From the human T2T-CHM13v2.0 reference genome, Homo sapiens: a DNA stretch of 64,000 nt. The translations under genes and the position numbers were made by a program. Where the stretch lies: assembly GCF_009914755.1 (NCBI RefSeq), contig NC_060934.1; one strand, written 5' to 3'. The notes beneath the pieces were generated by a model. The model made no database searches. It was not told the DNA's origin and saw only the letters and a program-made list of their open reading frames with translations. Positions 39,658 through 55,544 of the stretch are shown here, in pieces. Each line of letters begins with the position of its first letter. The first letter of the stretch is position 1.

Positions 39658-39880
39658 CTCTTTTGTGTAAACAAAAAGAAAAAATACATATATACAGACA
39701 TACACACACAAGGAGAATAAATAAATAACTGAATCAATTACCTAGAGGGGTGAGGGGCTGGAATTAGGTGGAACAGGGTGGAAGCAGTAGAGAAAGAATA
39801 GGGGACAAATATGTGGCACCTCTCAGAATACACACTGGGGCACACTCCTATCTTTTGAAACTATGTGAATCATTCATAGT
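39030..39880 (+). mobile_element. Old L1 (L1ME-type) ORF2 end / 3' UTR
   Basis: aaagatgttccacctca...agagaaatgaaaatt...ggggaaacaggtact...acatctagaaatttt...aaatgcccaaatg is typical of old L1M. Confidence 0.65.
39596..39657. repeat. (TA)n(GA)n compound microsatellite
   Basis: Directly visible. Confidence 0.95.
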
Positions 39881-39890
39881 ATACTACGTA

Positions 39891-40271
39891 TATGGGAGTT
39901 TGTTTGAGTCTTTCCTTCAAATCTCATGCTGAAATGTAATCCCCAATGTTGGAAGTGGGGCTTAATGGGAAGTGTTTGGGCCATGTGGGTGAACCTCTCA
40001 TGAATAGATTAATGTCCTCCCTATTGAGTGGGGGATGTTGAGTGAGTGAGGTCTGCCTCTGTAGTTTCCATGAGAGCTTCTTGTTAAGAAGAACCTGGTA
40101 TCTGCTCCCCTTTCTCTCTTGTTTCCTCTCTGCCCAAGCTGGCTTCCCTTTGCCACATACCAGATTTTGAACTTTCCAGACAACAAAATCACAAACCAAA
40201 TAAACCTTTTATTCCTTATAAATTACCCAGCCTCAAGTATCCCTTCATAGAAATACAAATGGACTAAGATA
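39891..40271 (+). mobile_element. MST (MSTB/MSTC-like) solo LTR
   Basis: caaatctcatgctgaaatgtaatccccaatgttggaagtggggc...aaataaacctttattccttataaattacccagcctcaag...atggactaagata. Confidence 0.85.
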
Positions 40272-43109
40272 ATGTACTCAAAAATAAGATAAATAAATTA
40301 ACCAAAGTAAGACATTGGGGACCTACCCAAGTAACTTTGAGCATGTATTTCGGTTAATGCTCTTAGATGAAAGAGAAAAGCAACTTTAAAAAACATTAAA
40401 TCAGAACTGGTAAACTTTTGTCTTCTTTTCTTTCACCGTTTGGGTTGTTTTTGTCATTGTTATTTTTTTTGCCACTAAATTGGGTAAGCTACTTTCTATG
40501 AACTTTATGTTTGAGAAAATAAAATAAAATAATCCAGTTCCTTCACATTTATTCTTGGAATAATTTATTCAATATACATACATTTATTGAATATCTAATA
40601 AATAGTAGCTACCAGGTTATACAAACATAACTAAACAAAAATTAAGGAACAGCAAATGTATTTAGTGAGCTCAAGTTTTATTTAGAAAGACAAATGTGCA
40701 AAAAATAATTTCAGGATAGAAAATTAAATGCAACAAAAAAGAGTTATGGGAGAAATTTTCATATGTTTGTATATACTTGTGGGTGGTGGATCAAAGATAT
40801 TTTCAGGAAGTAAACAAAAATCTACATACACTTTCTTAGGGGAGGATATGGTTAAACAAGGGTTTTGAAGCACTGTTTTTTCCTGAAATTAGTTAAAAGA
40901 GATACCAGCAAAGTAGCCCGATCCATGTACATAATAAATGGGTCACTGCTGAAAGGCTCATAATAAATGTAGCTGCCAGAATTTGAAATTACAAAGACAA
41001 TTTTTGTAGACATTCAGCTACCTTGTGAAATTAGCATAATGCACACAAAAAGAAACATATAAATGATTTAATAATTTATATTTAAATATCTGTTAAACAT
41101 TTTTATTAAATTGTCAGGACTTTGTTTGCTAGGTGATTAATGAGGGTCCTATAAATAAAAGAATGCTGTGTAAAAATACTTATAATCCATCTCTTTTGGG
41201 ATGTTCATATTCAGAGAATAGACTATTACCGCTCCCATTACACAAAGATGCCTTTTAGAGGCAACTATTTTCAAATTGGTTTAATTACATTGTAGCTAAT
41301 TTTAATTTGATTAGAATTTATGGCATCTATTCATTGCCTCTCAAATAAAATAAAAGACTCAATAAATGTATAATTAAATATAAAATCTTCAAAAGGAGTG
41401 AAGCAATGGACAAGAAAAGGATATTCTTTTATCTGTCACCAGACTTGAACCCATTTGTTGGCTTGCAAATGAACTGTCAGAAGGGCAAGTAAAGAAAATC
41501 TGCTTTGCATGGGTGTCACAGATTTATTGTGTGCAAAGAGTATTTGCTTTCTTCTATACAAGTCAGTGTGAGAGGTAAAGGAAAATGACTTCTTTATATT
41601 ATATGCCACAGACAGTACACTGTATCATCTCACTTCAAGGGGAATTTAAGTATGGATACTCAAATTTAAGTATCATAAGTTTTAGGAGAAAAAAGTTGGT
41701 AACATTCACTCCATATTGGTTATTACATATTCTTTCCATGAAATGGCTATTATTTCCATGAAAAACTTAAGTACTGTAGTATAGGACATTCTCTTCTATA
41801 TTTAAACTTAGGAAGACTGGCTTCAAAGAGTTATACAATTAACAGGGAAAGTTACTTAATTTTTTCATAAACAAGCTACATTTATCTTTGAAGATGAAGG
41901 CATCATTTCACTTGAATGGTTTTCCTATCTCTTCTGAGAATTCTTCCTCACAGGGGGAAAGTATTCTGCTCTGCAATTTTAGATTCAGGACTAGAAAGGA
42001 AGTCATTGACATAGATAGCTGAATTTCATCTCACAATCTATTCTTGATTTCTGCTGCTAGTGCTATATTATATATAATTCTATATATCATATATGTAATT
42101 CTATATATAATATTATACTGTATATTATATATTATATACTACATATATACATAATATATATTATTCTGGTCAAAAAGTTGCAAAATCACTAATTTTGTTA
42201 TACCTTGTTAGAATAGTAACAAATTTTACTGGCAAAATGTGTCACTTATATCATATAACTATAGATATTAATAACCTAACACCATCTTAGTAAAATAAGT
42301 TATCTTAATTGACTAGTATTTGTGAGACTAAGTCTTCCATTTTTATCTAGTGGTATCTTTTATCAGTAATAAAATAAACTCTGTATTTCAATTTGATTAC
42401 TTAAAATGTGTCACTCCTTTTGCAAAATACAATAAATTCAAAGAAATTTATTATGTGAATATTTACTCTAGTTGTAACAAATTCTAATATGATTTGACAC
42501 CTGTAAGGTTTCTTTAAACATGATCATTTTCCAGAGGCCATATATTTTGACATTATATTAAATTAAAAGTGTGCCTTAGTTGGATTACTTTATAAAACAC
42601 AGGCCCGCTAGCACGAGGATTTCAGAATGACTGGGTCATAGTTCCAGGTTTAATAAAATACTCATACTATCTTCTGTTAAAAGAATCTCTCCCCTGCTGG
42701 GAAACAGAGCATCTAATAACAGCAGAGCCTAAATATGCAATATGGGAAGAGCAAATTCTCCAAACAGGTTTCTGGAAGGAATGTTAAAAAGAACTAAACT
42801 TTACTTTAGTCTTTGGTTTCTTTATCTGTTATTCTATATACTAAAGAAAGAGACCTATGTGCTGGCTGCTGGTTTGGTACATAGAGTGTATTATATAGTG
42901 GGTGCTGTCACCAAAATAATAGTTCAGCAAAGCTTTTAACAGATCATTGCATTGTTCTACCACGCTAGTATTTTTCCCTAATACAGATTACATGAAAACA
43001 TAAGTAGAGCCTATGATTACTCATTGTCATAACTCTTTTATCATGAAATCATTCCTTTTTCTTAGATGTTATACTGTATCTCTTGTCGGCAAGTCAGAAA
43101 ATCCACAAG

Positions 43110-44965
43110 CCCTCAGAAAGTGGTACAAGTGGTGGTAGAGAAGTTATCCGCAAAAGATAAATGCCTGTTGTGTCCAGGGTGAAATGAGTCTGATGTAACT
43201 AACTTCTCAACACTTGGCTCGCTGTTCTCTTTGGATTACAGCACTATATTGAAGACTCTTCATTGGTAGTTGCTCCTGGCAGATAGGGTAATGAGTTGTG
43301 GCATGATCTAGATCATTCTTAATGAGAAGGTCCTCTATAGTATCGGAGTCATGTATTATATAACCCTGCCTGCCACCATGCCCCCTGCATTCATGGGACT
43401 TTTACACAGAGTAGTCAAGAAGACAGGCTGGCTAACCACCACCAGGTAAAGCATTACATTCACCTGTTTGGTAAATGACTTTTCTGTAGAGAATGGTCTG
43501 CGGTGGGAATTTGCAGGAGACACAAAATCTGCATGCTTGGTACTCACTCTCAGAGGTGTATTGATAATACCTCCTCTTAGACGTCTTTGTTGATTTTTCA
43601 ATCTTGCTTGTTTTACACTCATGACCAAAAAGTCAAGCCATTCTCCACTGTCTGAGTCCATGTATGTCCTTACCTTAGACGACTTTACCCTCTATAATTG
43701 TGAAAAACAATGTGAATGGCTCACAGCAATAATCATTGGACAGATCCTTACCTATGGCATGCTATCACGAGTGACTCGTGAGAGTGGATGTGGTGTGGTA
43801 ACATTCTATATTTAGCTCACATCAATATACCAGGGAAACCCATCCATTATCTAGGTCCAAGATATATTCCACTTTTGGTAGGTAGCTGTAAAGAATTCTA
43901 CATGAGAACACAGATGTAGATAAGAGAGAGAAATCTGTGCAAAAGAGGCAAGTTTTATGAGTCTAGACTACATCTTCATGTAACATCTTTATAAACATTT
44001 TACTGCTCAATGTTATACAAAATGGAAACTTTCTATTATATAAAAAATTGTTATTATAGTTGCATTAACCTAATCCTTAGAGTATCTGATGTTTCCCAAC
44101 ATTTTATAGGCAGTTATCTTTGACTTCAGAATGATACTAGTGCCTAATAGCATACTAAGAGCACTATTTTCCATATGATAAGCAGTTTTCTGCTACATAT
44201 TACCTGGCCTTGATCTGTAGTCTTTTTGAACCTCCACGAAGCATCTGTAACAGTCGTGGATATCTGCAACAAGATACAGCACTTTTAGATATTCTGAATA
44301 ATATATTTTAAGTCCAGAACAGCTTATGCTGTAGTCTCTCCCCATACAGAGCCCATTGTCATCTAGGTCCCACATGAAACTGGAATCTTCCTGCATCATT
44401 AATACATTTTGGCATATACCCAGATGTAGTATATATTGTCTTTAAAATCCAAAGAAACCTACTAAATGTTATGCCTCTTATGTAGAGGCTCAAGGTGCAA
44501 TAACTTGTTCTCTACTTTTGACAGAATGCTCTGATATGCTTCAGAACATTGCAGCCATGAACACTTTTTTGATGAGGCAGGATTTTTAACATTGTGATAT
44601 TTTTCTCCCATATCCTGCCATGCATCTATCTTACATAGAATTGCCTGATCACTACAGCCAAGTAACTTGATCTTATCATATAATGGACTATCATAATATT
44701 CTTTAGGAAGTCAAGAGATAAAGATTCAATAGATTATATTACGACCCAAATTGTGATAATTAAGGCAGCCTAGGGCATGACGGTAAATGTTCGCTGTTGT
44801 CCTTTTCATGTAAAACAGAATTTGTTTTGATTTTCCTAAAGTATGGGGATTGAAGACAAAACATGCTACTGATCAATAACTATATATCAAGTTTAATAGG
44901 TAAAATATTAGTCAAAGCCCATACAGAGCAGTCCTTTGCAGCTACAGCTGTAATTACAGATGAGG
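43110..44965 (-). pseudogene. Ancient ERVL-class internal pol relic (RT, RNase H, start of integrase)
   Basis: Minus strand 44768-44822 reads KFCFT*KGQQRTFTVMP*G (cf. ERV-L RT QFAFSWQGQQYTFTVLPQG); ORF 43356..43661 FVSPANSHRR...FTKQVNVM...SQP resembles ERV-L FVSHVSAHQR...FNNQVDRM...TQP. Confidence 0.78.
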
Positions 44966-45928
44966 TTGTGTTGGTGTGAGGCAGTGCAGAAAAAACATCT
45001 TACACAAAATAAAAAACTGATTGCCATTAAAATGAATGTCAATTTCTAGCTTGATGTAAGTTTTAAATTATTTTAAAACCTTTATATTAAGTGAAATATC
45101 CTATCTTGTTACTCACATTGTAAAATGATGTTAGGATGATGGCAAAGCTAAATGTGATGTATTTATATAGTGAGGATACCTCTTAAAATTTATAATGTGT
45201 CAGTCAGTACACTGGATGCCTTATATGTTGTAATTCATTTAGATGTTTTACTACCCCAGTGATAAATTTCATCCTCATAGAGGTTATCTGTCAAAGTCAC
45301 ACAGTCATTACCTGGAAAAATCTGAGAGTCAAATCTTATCGATTCAAAAGCCACCATGCTTTCCCTTATATTACCTTTCTTCCTAGTATTTGGCATAGTT
45401 TTAGGGAATTTTATTTTCTAAAATTTGTTGTATAGGAACTGTTATTTTCATAGATAAACAACTGGAGGTGAACATAAGAATAAACATCGTAGAGTGATAT
45501 AAAATTATGTAATCTAGCTTATCTAATATATTTAAATTTAATAAATAATGGTAAAATTAGCTAAAATCTTACCAGCAGCTACCTACAAGGAAAGAGGACC
45601 CTTCTAATGACAAAATTCACAAAGTAGAAGCTGAGAAATAAAATGGATTCTGGATCTGTGAAGAGCAAGGCCCTGAACTGCAACCCTAAGAATCCTATGA
45701 ATCTATTATAATTATTCTCAAAAACTATTCTTACAGGTATCAATTTAGTCTGTAGAGAGGAAACTAAGTTAAAGTGCTATAGTTTCCTCCTTTCCCTCTT
45801 TGCCTGGGATGTAGACCTAGGTGGGTTTTGTGGAAAGATAGGCAAAATGGTGAAGGGCTGGTGAACACCCAGAGCTGTTGTGCAAGTTGAGACTGCAGGG
45901 CTGGATACCACAAGGATGTCTACCCATG

Positions 45929-46295
45929 TGATATGGTTTGGCTGTGTCCCCACCAAATCTCATCTTGAATTATAGTTTCTGTAATCCTCATATGTGATGG
46001 GAGGGACCCAGTGGGATGTAATTGAATCATGCAGGCAGTTACCCTCATGCTATTCTCATGATAGTGAGTTCTCATGGGATCTGATGGTTTTGTAAAGGGC
46101 TTTTACCCGTTTTGCTCAGCACCTCTCTCTTGCCTGCTGCCATGTAAAATGTACCTTTGCTCTTGCTTCACCTTCCGCCATGATTGTGAGGTCTCTCCAG
46201 CCATGTTGAACTGTGAGTCCATTAAACCTCTTTTTCTTATTAAACTACCCTGTCTAAGGTGTGTCTTCATAGCAGTATGAAAATGGACTAATACA
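45929..46295 (+). mobile_element. THE1C/THE1D solo LTR
   Basis: tgatatggtttggctgtgtcccc...ccgccatgattgtgagg...aaatggactaataca, 367 bp; exact 5-bp TSD CCATG at 45924-45928 and 46296-46300. Confidence 0.95.
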
Positions 46296-47254
46296 CCATG
46301 AGAATTGGTTTTCCTCATTACACGTTATTTAGAGAGAAACAAAATAATATCCCAACTCTTCAGATCATTTACATTGATTCTTTATTCATTAGAGAACCCA
46401 AATCCTGGATATCTCATTGTCTGTGATTTTCTCGTAAACTCAGGTAAGTTGGCCTAGACCTGCTATGGGCTATAGCACAATTATACAGGCAAGAAAAGTC
46501 ATTGGTCTAGAGCATCACATTACTGCAAACATGGCAGAAAAATCAAAGAAGTAACTCAAAAATCATGGCAACTTTTGAAGCTCCCAGAACTCTGAATTAC
46601 TTTACATATCACTCAGATAAGTAGGGCAAGCCAAAGTACCCTTGTAAAGGATAAATCTCATTTTTTTAAAAAAAAGAACAGCATAGACAGAAAATGAATT
46701 TTAAAGGTCCTTCATACATTTCCCAATGCTTCCTCTTCTGGTTTCAACAGATATACTCAGTCTCTTAATACTGTATCATCGTTTATTTCCTAATTTTTTA
46801 CAATAAGGTGACCTTAGTCTTGCAGGTGGTAAAAATGGAAATTATTGAATAAACCGTGCCACAGATGAGAACTGCTCTTTTAAAGTCAAAAATTGTTCCA
46901 CTTTATGCGTCTTCTCTAAAGTGCATGCATTTCAATTCCCTGTTTGCCCTTTCTTCTATTTTAATATAATTGAGTGGCAATGATGTTCTCTGGAAAGTGT
47001 TCCTTGTGGAAGAAGTTAGATAACATATTCACTAGAAAGAAAAATATTCCTGCTAAAAATTCCTTACCCAGCATTGAGATATACTTTGCAGTTTGTACCT
47101 TCCCATTTTGTTTTGCACTGCAGAATCTTGTAAACTAAATGCTTTCTACTACCTTCATGGACTTATTTTATTATTATTATTATTGTAAGGAAAGAGCTCA
47201 ATTTATGTTTCTATATTCTTCTAAGACTTTCCCTGCTGGGTATCACAACACTTA

Positions 47255-48245
47255 TGGTTACTAAATTAATATCTCCAGCCTTATCTTTTCCCCTGAATTT
47301 CATATACTCAACTGTATTAGAAATCTTCATCTGTATGTCTAATAGACATCTCAAACATATACACCACATATAAAAATATCCATCGCAGATTCCATTGTAT
47401 TTTTTTTTTAATTGTCAGTTCCAGTTTTCCCTATTCTACTAAAAGTTTCTCTGGTTCCTCAAGTTCTAAACCTAGAAGCTACTTTCAGTTCGTCCATCAC
47501 ACACATTAATCATCAGCAAGTCATGCTGGCTTCGTATTCAAAATGCACAACCCAGATCTGATCATTTTGACTGCTTTCTTTTTGCTACCAACTTTGTCCC
47601 AGTCACCATCACTTGAAGCATAGATTAATTTGAAAAGTTTTTAATTGGTAACATGATTTTCACTTTTGCTCCTCTCCAGGGACAAAAATCATTTTTGACT
47701 CCACATGAGAGCCAAAACAATCTTTTAAACAATTAAATGATCAAAACATTCTGCTTTTTAACATTCTAGCATGTGTTCTCTTATTGGGGTCTATAACCTG
47801 ATAAAAATTTGGGTTTTATTATAAGTATGATGAGAACACACACATTTTGGTCTTTGCCCACCTCTTAACCTTATATCCTACCATGTCCCTGTTAATTCTG
47901 CTAAAGTCAAACAGGATTATTTGATGAATATGCCACATTTGTTCCTGACTCAAAGGTGCCCCTCCTTGGAGTGTCTTATTCCCAGATTTCCATGTAGCCT
48001 CCTCTCTCCCTTGATTCAGGTCTCTTGTTCTAATGTCATGCGATCTACAATATTGTCCCCTTCCTCCACTAGGCTCACTCTAAAATGTTTTATTGTGTAC
48101 CAACTTTTGATTTTGTATTACATATTGATTTATCCATAACTTATTTCTGTCTCAGCCAATATTAGATGAGAATCATAAAGAGAGGGATTTGTTTTGTTTT
48201 TTCATTTGTTTGTTTTTTCTATGTATACACTGCTTTATCTCCAAA
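47255..48245 (+). mobile_element. L2 LINE fragment
   Basis: ctgtatgtctaatagacatctcaaac, aaacctagaagc, tcagcaagtcatgctggc...caaaat, and 3' tagatgagaatcataaagagagggatt; typical diverged L2a. Confidence 0.7.
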
Positions 48246-48246
48246 C

Positions 48247-48433
48247 CAGGAATTCTCAACTGTGGCACTACTGACATTCTGAAACAGATAATTATTTGTT
48301 GTGGATGGCCATGTTATGCATTGCAGGATGTTTGTCAGAATCCCTCTACCTACCTTAATCTCCCTGGTTTATCTTCAAATATTGCTAAATGCTCCATGAG
48401 GAAAAAAATTCACCTCTTTATGAAAAGTAATGT
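48247..48433 (+). mobile_element. MER20 (hAT-Charlie) DNA transposon
   Basis: ttctcaactgtggcactactgacatt...agataattatttgttgtgg...tgcattgcaggatgttt...attgctaaatgctcc. Confidence 0.8.
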
Positions 48434-48913
48434 TACATACACTAACATTGCCTGCCACACAGAAAACGTTCTGTATTTGTCTTCTGTCTTTCTTTCTGTT
48501 TTAGGTATGTATCCCAGGACATTTAATGGCATAGGAAAATGTTGATTTCAGGTTGAAAGAAAGGAAATAGAAAGCACTTACAAAGTTCAATTATGCAAAA
48601 CATTATAACATATTGGGCTATTTTTGTATTTGCATAACAAACAAAAAATAACTGAAAGAACACATAGTAAAATTATGTCAGTAGTTTTTCTGAGAGGTAT
48701 GATTCTAAGTAATTTTTTTCTTTATAATTTTCTCTCTATTCAACTCACTTAATCATAATCTTTATAAATAATGAAAGAACAAGCAAAATATATATGTTAT
48801 CAATGCCAGAATCAAATCCACATGTTGTTCTGTCCTGCTTTTAAAGAGAGTTTTTTTTTTTTAATGGTGCCTTTTTACATTGGAGACAATCTAGGGTGCT
48901 CTCTTAGAGAAAC

Positions 48914-49325
48914 TGTTGAAAACTTTAGACAAACTGCATTTAACAGAGTTTATTTGAACAAAGAGTAATTCATGAATTGGGCAGCACTCAGGACCGGAAG
49001 AGATTGAGTGAACTCTCCCCAGCAAGTTTAGTAGCAAGTGAGTAGCAAGCTTATAGGCCAAACATGGAAGCAAAGTAGAGAAATAATTTGATTGGCTACA
49101 GGTAGGCATTTGCCTTATTTGACATGGTGTGATCAACTGGCTGCCTGTGATTGGCTGAAGCCCAGCTGTTTATGATTGACTGAAATACAGCTATATGTTA
49201 CAAAATATATATACTCTTGAGTTTTAGTTCATTTACCTACTGAGTTAAGTTGTAGCTTGTTTTGTAAAAACACAAAGTGTAGAAACATTCTCAGGCCAGT
49301 GGCCCTCTGCTTATTTCATTTAACA
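48914..49325 (-). mobile_element. MER57-family (MER57E-like) ERV1 solo LTR
   Basis: TG...CA ends; atttaacagagtttatttgaacaaag...ttcatgaattgggcagcactcag; repeated gattggct (CCAAT on minus strand). Confidence 0.8.
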
Positions 49326-49564
49326 ATATGGGCAAATTTTGGGAGGTAAATCACAAAGTCAGATGATAAAGCAGAGACTTGTAAAGTTTTTAGTTTGTGG
49401 CTTCTTTAAAATCTGATGAAAACTTTATACTTTTATCCCATTTGTCTTGCTCTTCTTTTGTTCCTAAAGTTTCAGGTTTCTGCCTGTTATTATTTTTCTT
49501 CAAACTGAAGAATGTCCTTATCAGTACTAAGCAAATCTAGTGGTGACAAAAATCTGTTAGTTTG

Positions 49565-52215
49565 CCTTCCGGTTTCAGCTCCAACATGTAAACAGCTTTG
49601 AAGCCATAATTCTCATACTTTGAGAAAAGTAATGCGAACAAACTGAAAATTAAGAACTTTTCACAGACTCCTTAGAGAATTAAAGTTGTACAGCAAACTG
49701 TCATACTGAAACTTGGAGAGATAAATGAATCCAGAGAATCTCAGTGAAGACTTCTTATCTAGAAGAGAGCCAATGGAGGCATAAATTAGTAGGTGCACTT
49801 AAGTAGTAATTTTGAGCGATTGCTGAAGGCTGAATGTAGACTATTGGAGAGTGAGAAACTCTTAGGGGCAACAGTTCTAATAAGTTCCATCCACTGTAGT
49901 GAGCTTTACCTCCAGGAAACCCATCAGGTTGTCATGATGTTGTTCCAGGAAAGATCCCCTTATAGGTCTGGCTAGAGTAGGAAAAAAAAATACTTTTTGT
50001 GAAATATGCTTAGAGCAGTCTCCATAAAAAAGGCCTATATTCCACGAGGAAAGACTTTACCAAGCTTTATTCCAAATGGAGAATGACATTCCTACCACTG
50101 CAGCATCATCTAGCCTTCCTATGTTATCTAAGAAGAAAAAAAGAAAAAGTTAAACCACTAGAGAAACACTTGCAAAAGTCATACCCAGAGGCATAGGTCT
50201 ATGAAAGATGTTACCAGAAAGGAGTTCAGATCCAAACCTCAAGAGAAGGTTCTTGGATCTTGTGCAAGAAACAATTCAGAATGAGTCTACAGTGCAAAGC
50301 AAAAGCAAGTTTATCAAGAATTACTGCGGCTACTCCATAGGCAGAGTAGTCCCAAGGGTTGCTGGTTGCCCATTTTTACGGTTATTTCTTGATTATATGC
50401 TAAACAAGGGGTAGATTATTTGTGCCTCCCCTTTTTGGACCTTATAGGGTAACTTCCTGGTGTTGCCATGGCATATGTAAACTGTGATGGTGCTGGTGGG
50501 AGTGTAGCAGTAAGGATAACCAGAGGTCACTTTCATCACCGTCTTGGTTTAGGTGGGTTTTAGCCGGCTTCTTTACTGCAAACTGTTTTATCAGCAAGGT
50601 CTTTATGACCTGTACCTTGTGCCAACCTCCTGTCTTAGCCTCTGACTTAGAATGCTTAACCATCTGGGAATGCAGCCCAGTAGGTTCCAAACTTATTTTA
50701 CCCAGCCTTTATTCAAGATGGAGTTGCTCTGGTACAAACACCTCTGACAAAAGGACTGTCACTTAATCATAAGATTATAGGATGCTTTCTCTCCCCAAAC
50801 CTTACAACTGCACTAACAGGATTCCAGAATAAAAACAGTGGAGTACAATGGAAATAGCTTTAAGACACGTGCTCTCTCGAAGGAGGAGTACATAGGGAAA
50901 TCTAAAGTCAACAGAGGAGACCAAAAAGAGGACACTGGAGGAATTTGAAGCCTCTGGCACCTACAGCGATAGTAAGGACATTGTTGACAAAAGCAGAACT
51001 ATTAATCAACTTGATCTAATTGAATTCAAAGAATATTCTACCCCACTATAGCAGAATATATATTCTTTTCAAGTTCACATAAATTTCAAATTCATCAAAA
51101 AAGACCACCTCTCGAGTCATAAAGTACATCTTAATAAGCTTAAAAGAATAGAAATCATGCAAGGCATGTTCTCAGATTACAATGGGATTAAAATAGAAGT
51201 TAATAACAGAAAAATAAATGCACAATCCCCCAAATAGGTGACAATTACACAGAATACTTATAAATAACACAGGGCTCAATTGCAAAGTCTTGAGAGAATT
51301 TGTTTTAATATTTTAATTCAATGAAAAAAATACAACTTTGTAAGGTAGGATGCATCCTGGGAAGAAATTTATATCATTAAATGCACATATTAGAAAAGAA
51401 GGTAAACCAAAAATCAAAAACCTAAATTCTGAAAAATAAAAAATAAAAAAGCACCATTTTCAGATGGTTTCACTGGTGAATTTTAACAAATAATTAAGGA
51501 GGAAATGATACCAATTCTCCACAATTTCTTCCACAAAACAGAAACAAACACTCTTACTCATTCCATGTGGTCATCATTACCCTATATAAAAACCAGACAA
51601 AAGCATCTCAAGAAAGGATAGCTACAGAAAAATAAATCTGACAGACATAGATATAAAAATCTTCAACAAAGCATTGGTAAATCAAATCTAATGCATAGAA
51701 AAGCACCAAAAGCATTTCAAAATTTAACACCCATAATGATAAAATCTCTTAGAAGACTTGAAACAGAGTATAACTTTCTCAACTTGATCAAGAACATCTG
51801 CAAGAACCTTCAGTGAAAATCACACTTAATTGTGAGAAACTGGATGCTTTCCTTCTAAGATCAGGAAGAAGGCAAGAGTATCCTCTTTCAGATCTCACAT
51901 TCTGCATCATCCTGGATGTCCTAGCTAGTGCAATAACACAAGAAAAAGAATTAAAAGACACATATAGGAAAGGAAAAAATAAAGCTTTTGTTACTCACAG
52001 ATGACATGTTTTCTTTGTAGAAAATTCCAAAGATTCATCATCATGAAGAAGAAAATGAAGAGAAAGAAGATGAGGAGGGAAATGGGAAGAAGAAGAAAAG
52101 AAAAACTGGAATTAAAAAGTGAGACTATTAAGATTGTAATGTACAACATTAATACACAAAAATCTATTGTTTTTGTATATATCATCCAGCAATTAATAAT
52201 TGGAATTTAAAATAA
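49565..52215 (+). mobile_element. Old L1M (L1MC-like 5' region plus deleted ORF2 fragments), interrupted by MER41A
   Basis: 5'-end-like ttccggtttcagctccaacatgtaaacagc; endonuclease-region relic about 51000-51430; ORF 51813..52004 LNCEKLDAFLLRSGRRQEYPLS resembles L1 ORF2 [22 protein letters not shown]. Confidence 0.8.
50209..50749 (-). mobile_element. MER41A ERV1 solo LTR
   Basis: tgttaccagaaagg...caagagaaggttcttggatct...gggtaacttcctg...ttcaagatggagttgctctggtacaaacacctctgaca; about 540 bp; lacks the MER41B GAS-bearing segment. Confidence 0.88.
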
Positions 52216-53145
52216 AAAAGTGGGCATTCATAGTGTTTGTTAAATGCATAAATCCATCTGTTTATTCTTTATCCAGGATTTTATACAAATACTGTCAAAT
52301 GCCTGAGATACAGTGGGAAACAGGGAACATATATCCTAACAGTCAAATTTTGGTCAATAAACCAGCATTTCAGTCATGAATTTGAACAAACACCCAAATC
52401 TTTCTGAAATTCAGGACTCTTGCTTAAAAACATATTTAATCAAATGTGGCACAAAGAGTTATTATAATAATTTTAATAAGAAAATGAATATAAAATGAAT
52501 ATACTGTGTATCTGCACAGCAAATAGAACATTCTTCTTAAATAGTACTTGAATCCAAATCTAGTATTAAATGTAAACTAGGACTAATTAATTAACTAAAT
52601 AAAAGTGATTAGCCTCAACTATATGACAGGCACTTGACCAGGTGATATGGTTATAAAGATAAATTAGTGAGGCACATGTCCTCCTTCATGGGCCTCTTCA
52701 ACTAACAATGTAATCCAGTGGGATCTGAGGTCTTAACAATCCTGCCCCTGTATTACTTTTATCTACTTTCATCAAGCAAAGTGTAACTATTTAAATTAGT
52801 CACCTCTTTCCTTGTTTCCTATCACATAGACCCAGAAAATTAACTATGGGAAAATTAATTATAGCACATTAACCAACTGTGCCGTAATTAGCTTTGGATT
52901 CTGTCAAGCAACAAAATAGTTTATCTGAAAATGTTCCATGGGAATATTTGTAAAAACCATAAAATCAGTATTTTTATAATATTTGAGAGAGATTTTTGGA
53001 GTTTTTCTCTGGAAATACTGCCATGGTGCATTTAAATGAGCTACTTGTGTACTAATTTGCAATAATTTGTATATAAATACATTCTGTTATTGTGCAAAGA
53101 TTATCTTGCTTTTACAGTAGGTGGAAATGATAATGTGGTTTCTGA

Positions 53146-53441
<296 letters not shown>

Positions 53442-53671
53442 ATGTTTTCTGACATTTTACATAGTACTGGTGGAAACAAATGAATGAAAATTCGAAGCAA
53501 AAATAAATATATTAGAACATTCTATTAGAATACAGATGACCTAATTTTTGGCAGTTCAGCCCTTCTCTATAGAATCTTTTTAAGTTTAGCCAAGTCATTT
53601 CATCATTCAGGGTCTCTGGTGTCTCACTTATACAGGCAAAGCGGTTGAAGTGGATCTCTTTAAGAGATTAG

Positions 53672-55541
<1,870 letters not shown>

Positions 55542-55544
55542 GAG

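Noticed and set aside
42060-42165. TA-rich quasi-palindromic tract (also 36895-36980)
   Set aside because: Ordinary low-complexity (TA)n decay.
50209-50749. MER41 as an interferon-gamma-inducible STAT1 enhancer
   Set aside because: This copy is MER41A-like; I do not see the tandem TTCNNNGAA segment that characterises MER41B at the expected position.
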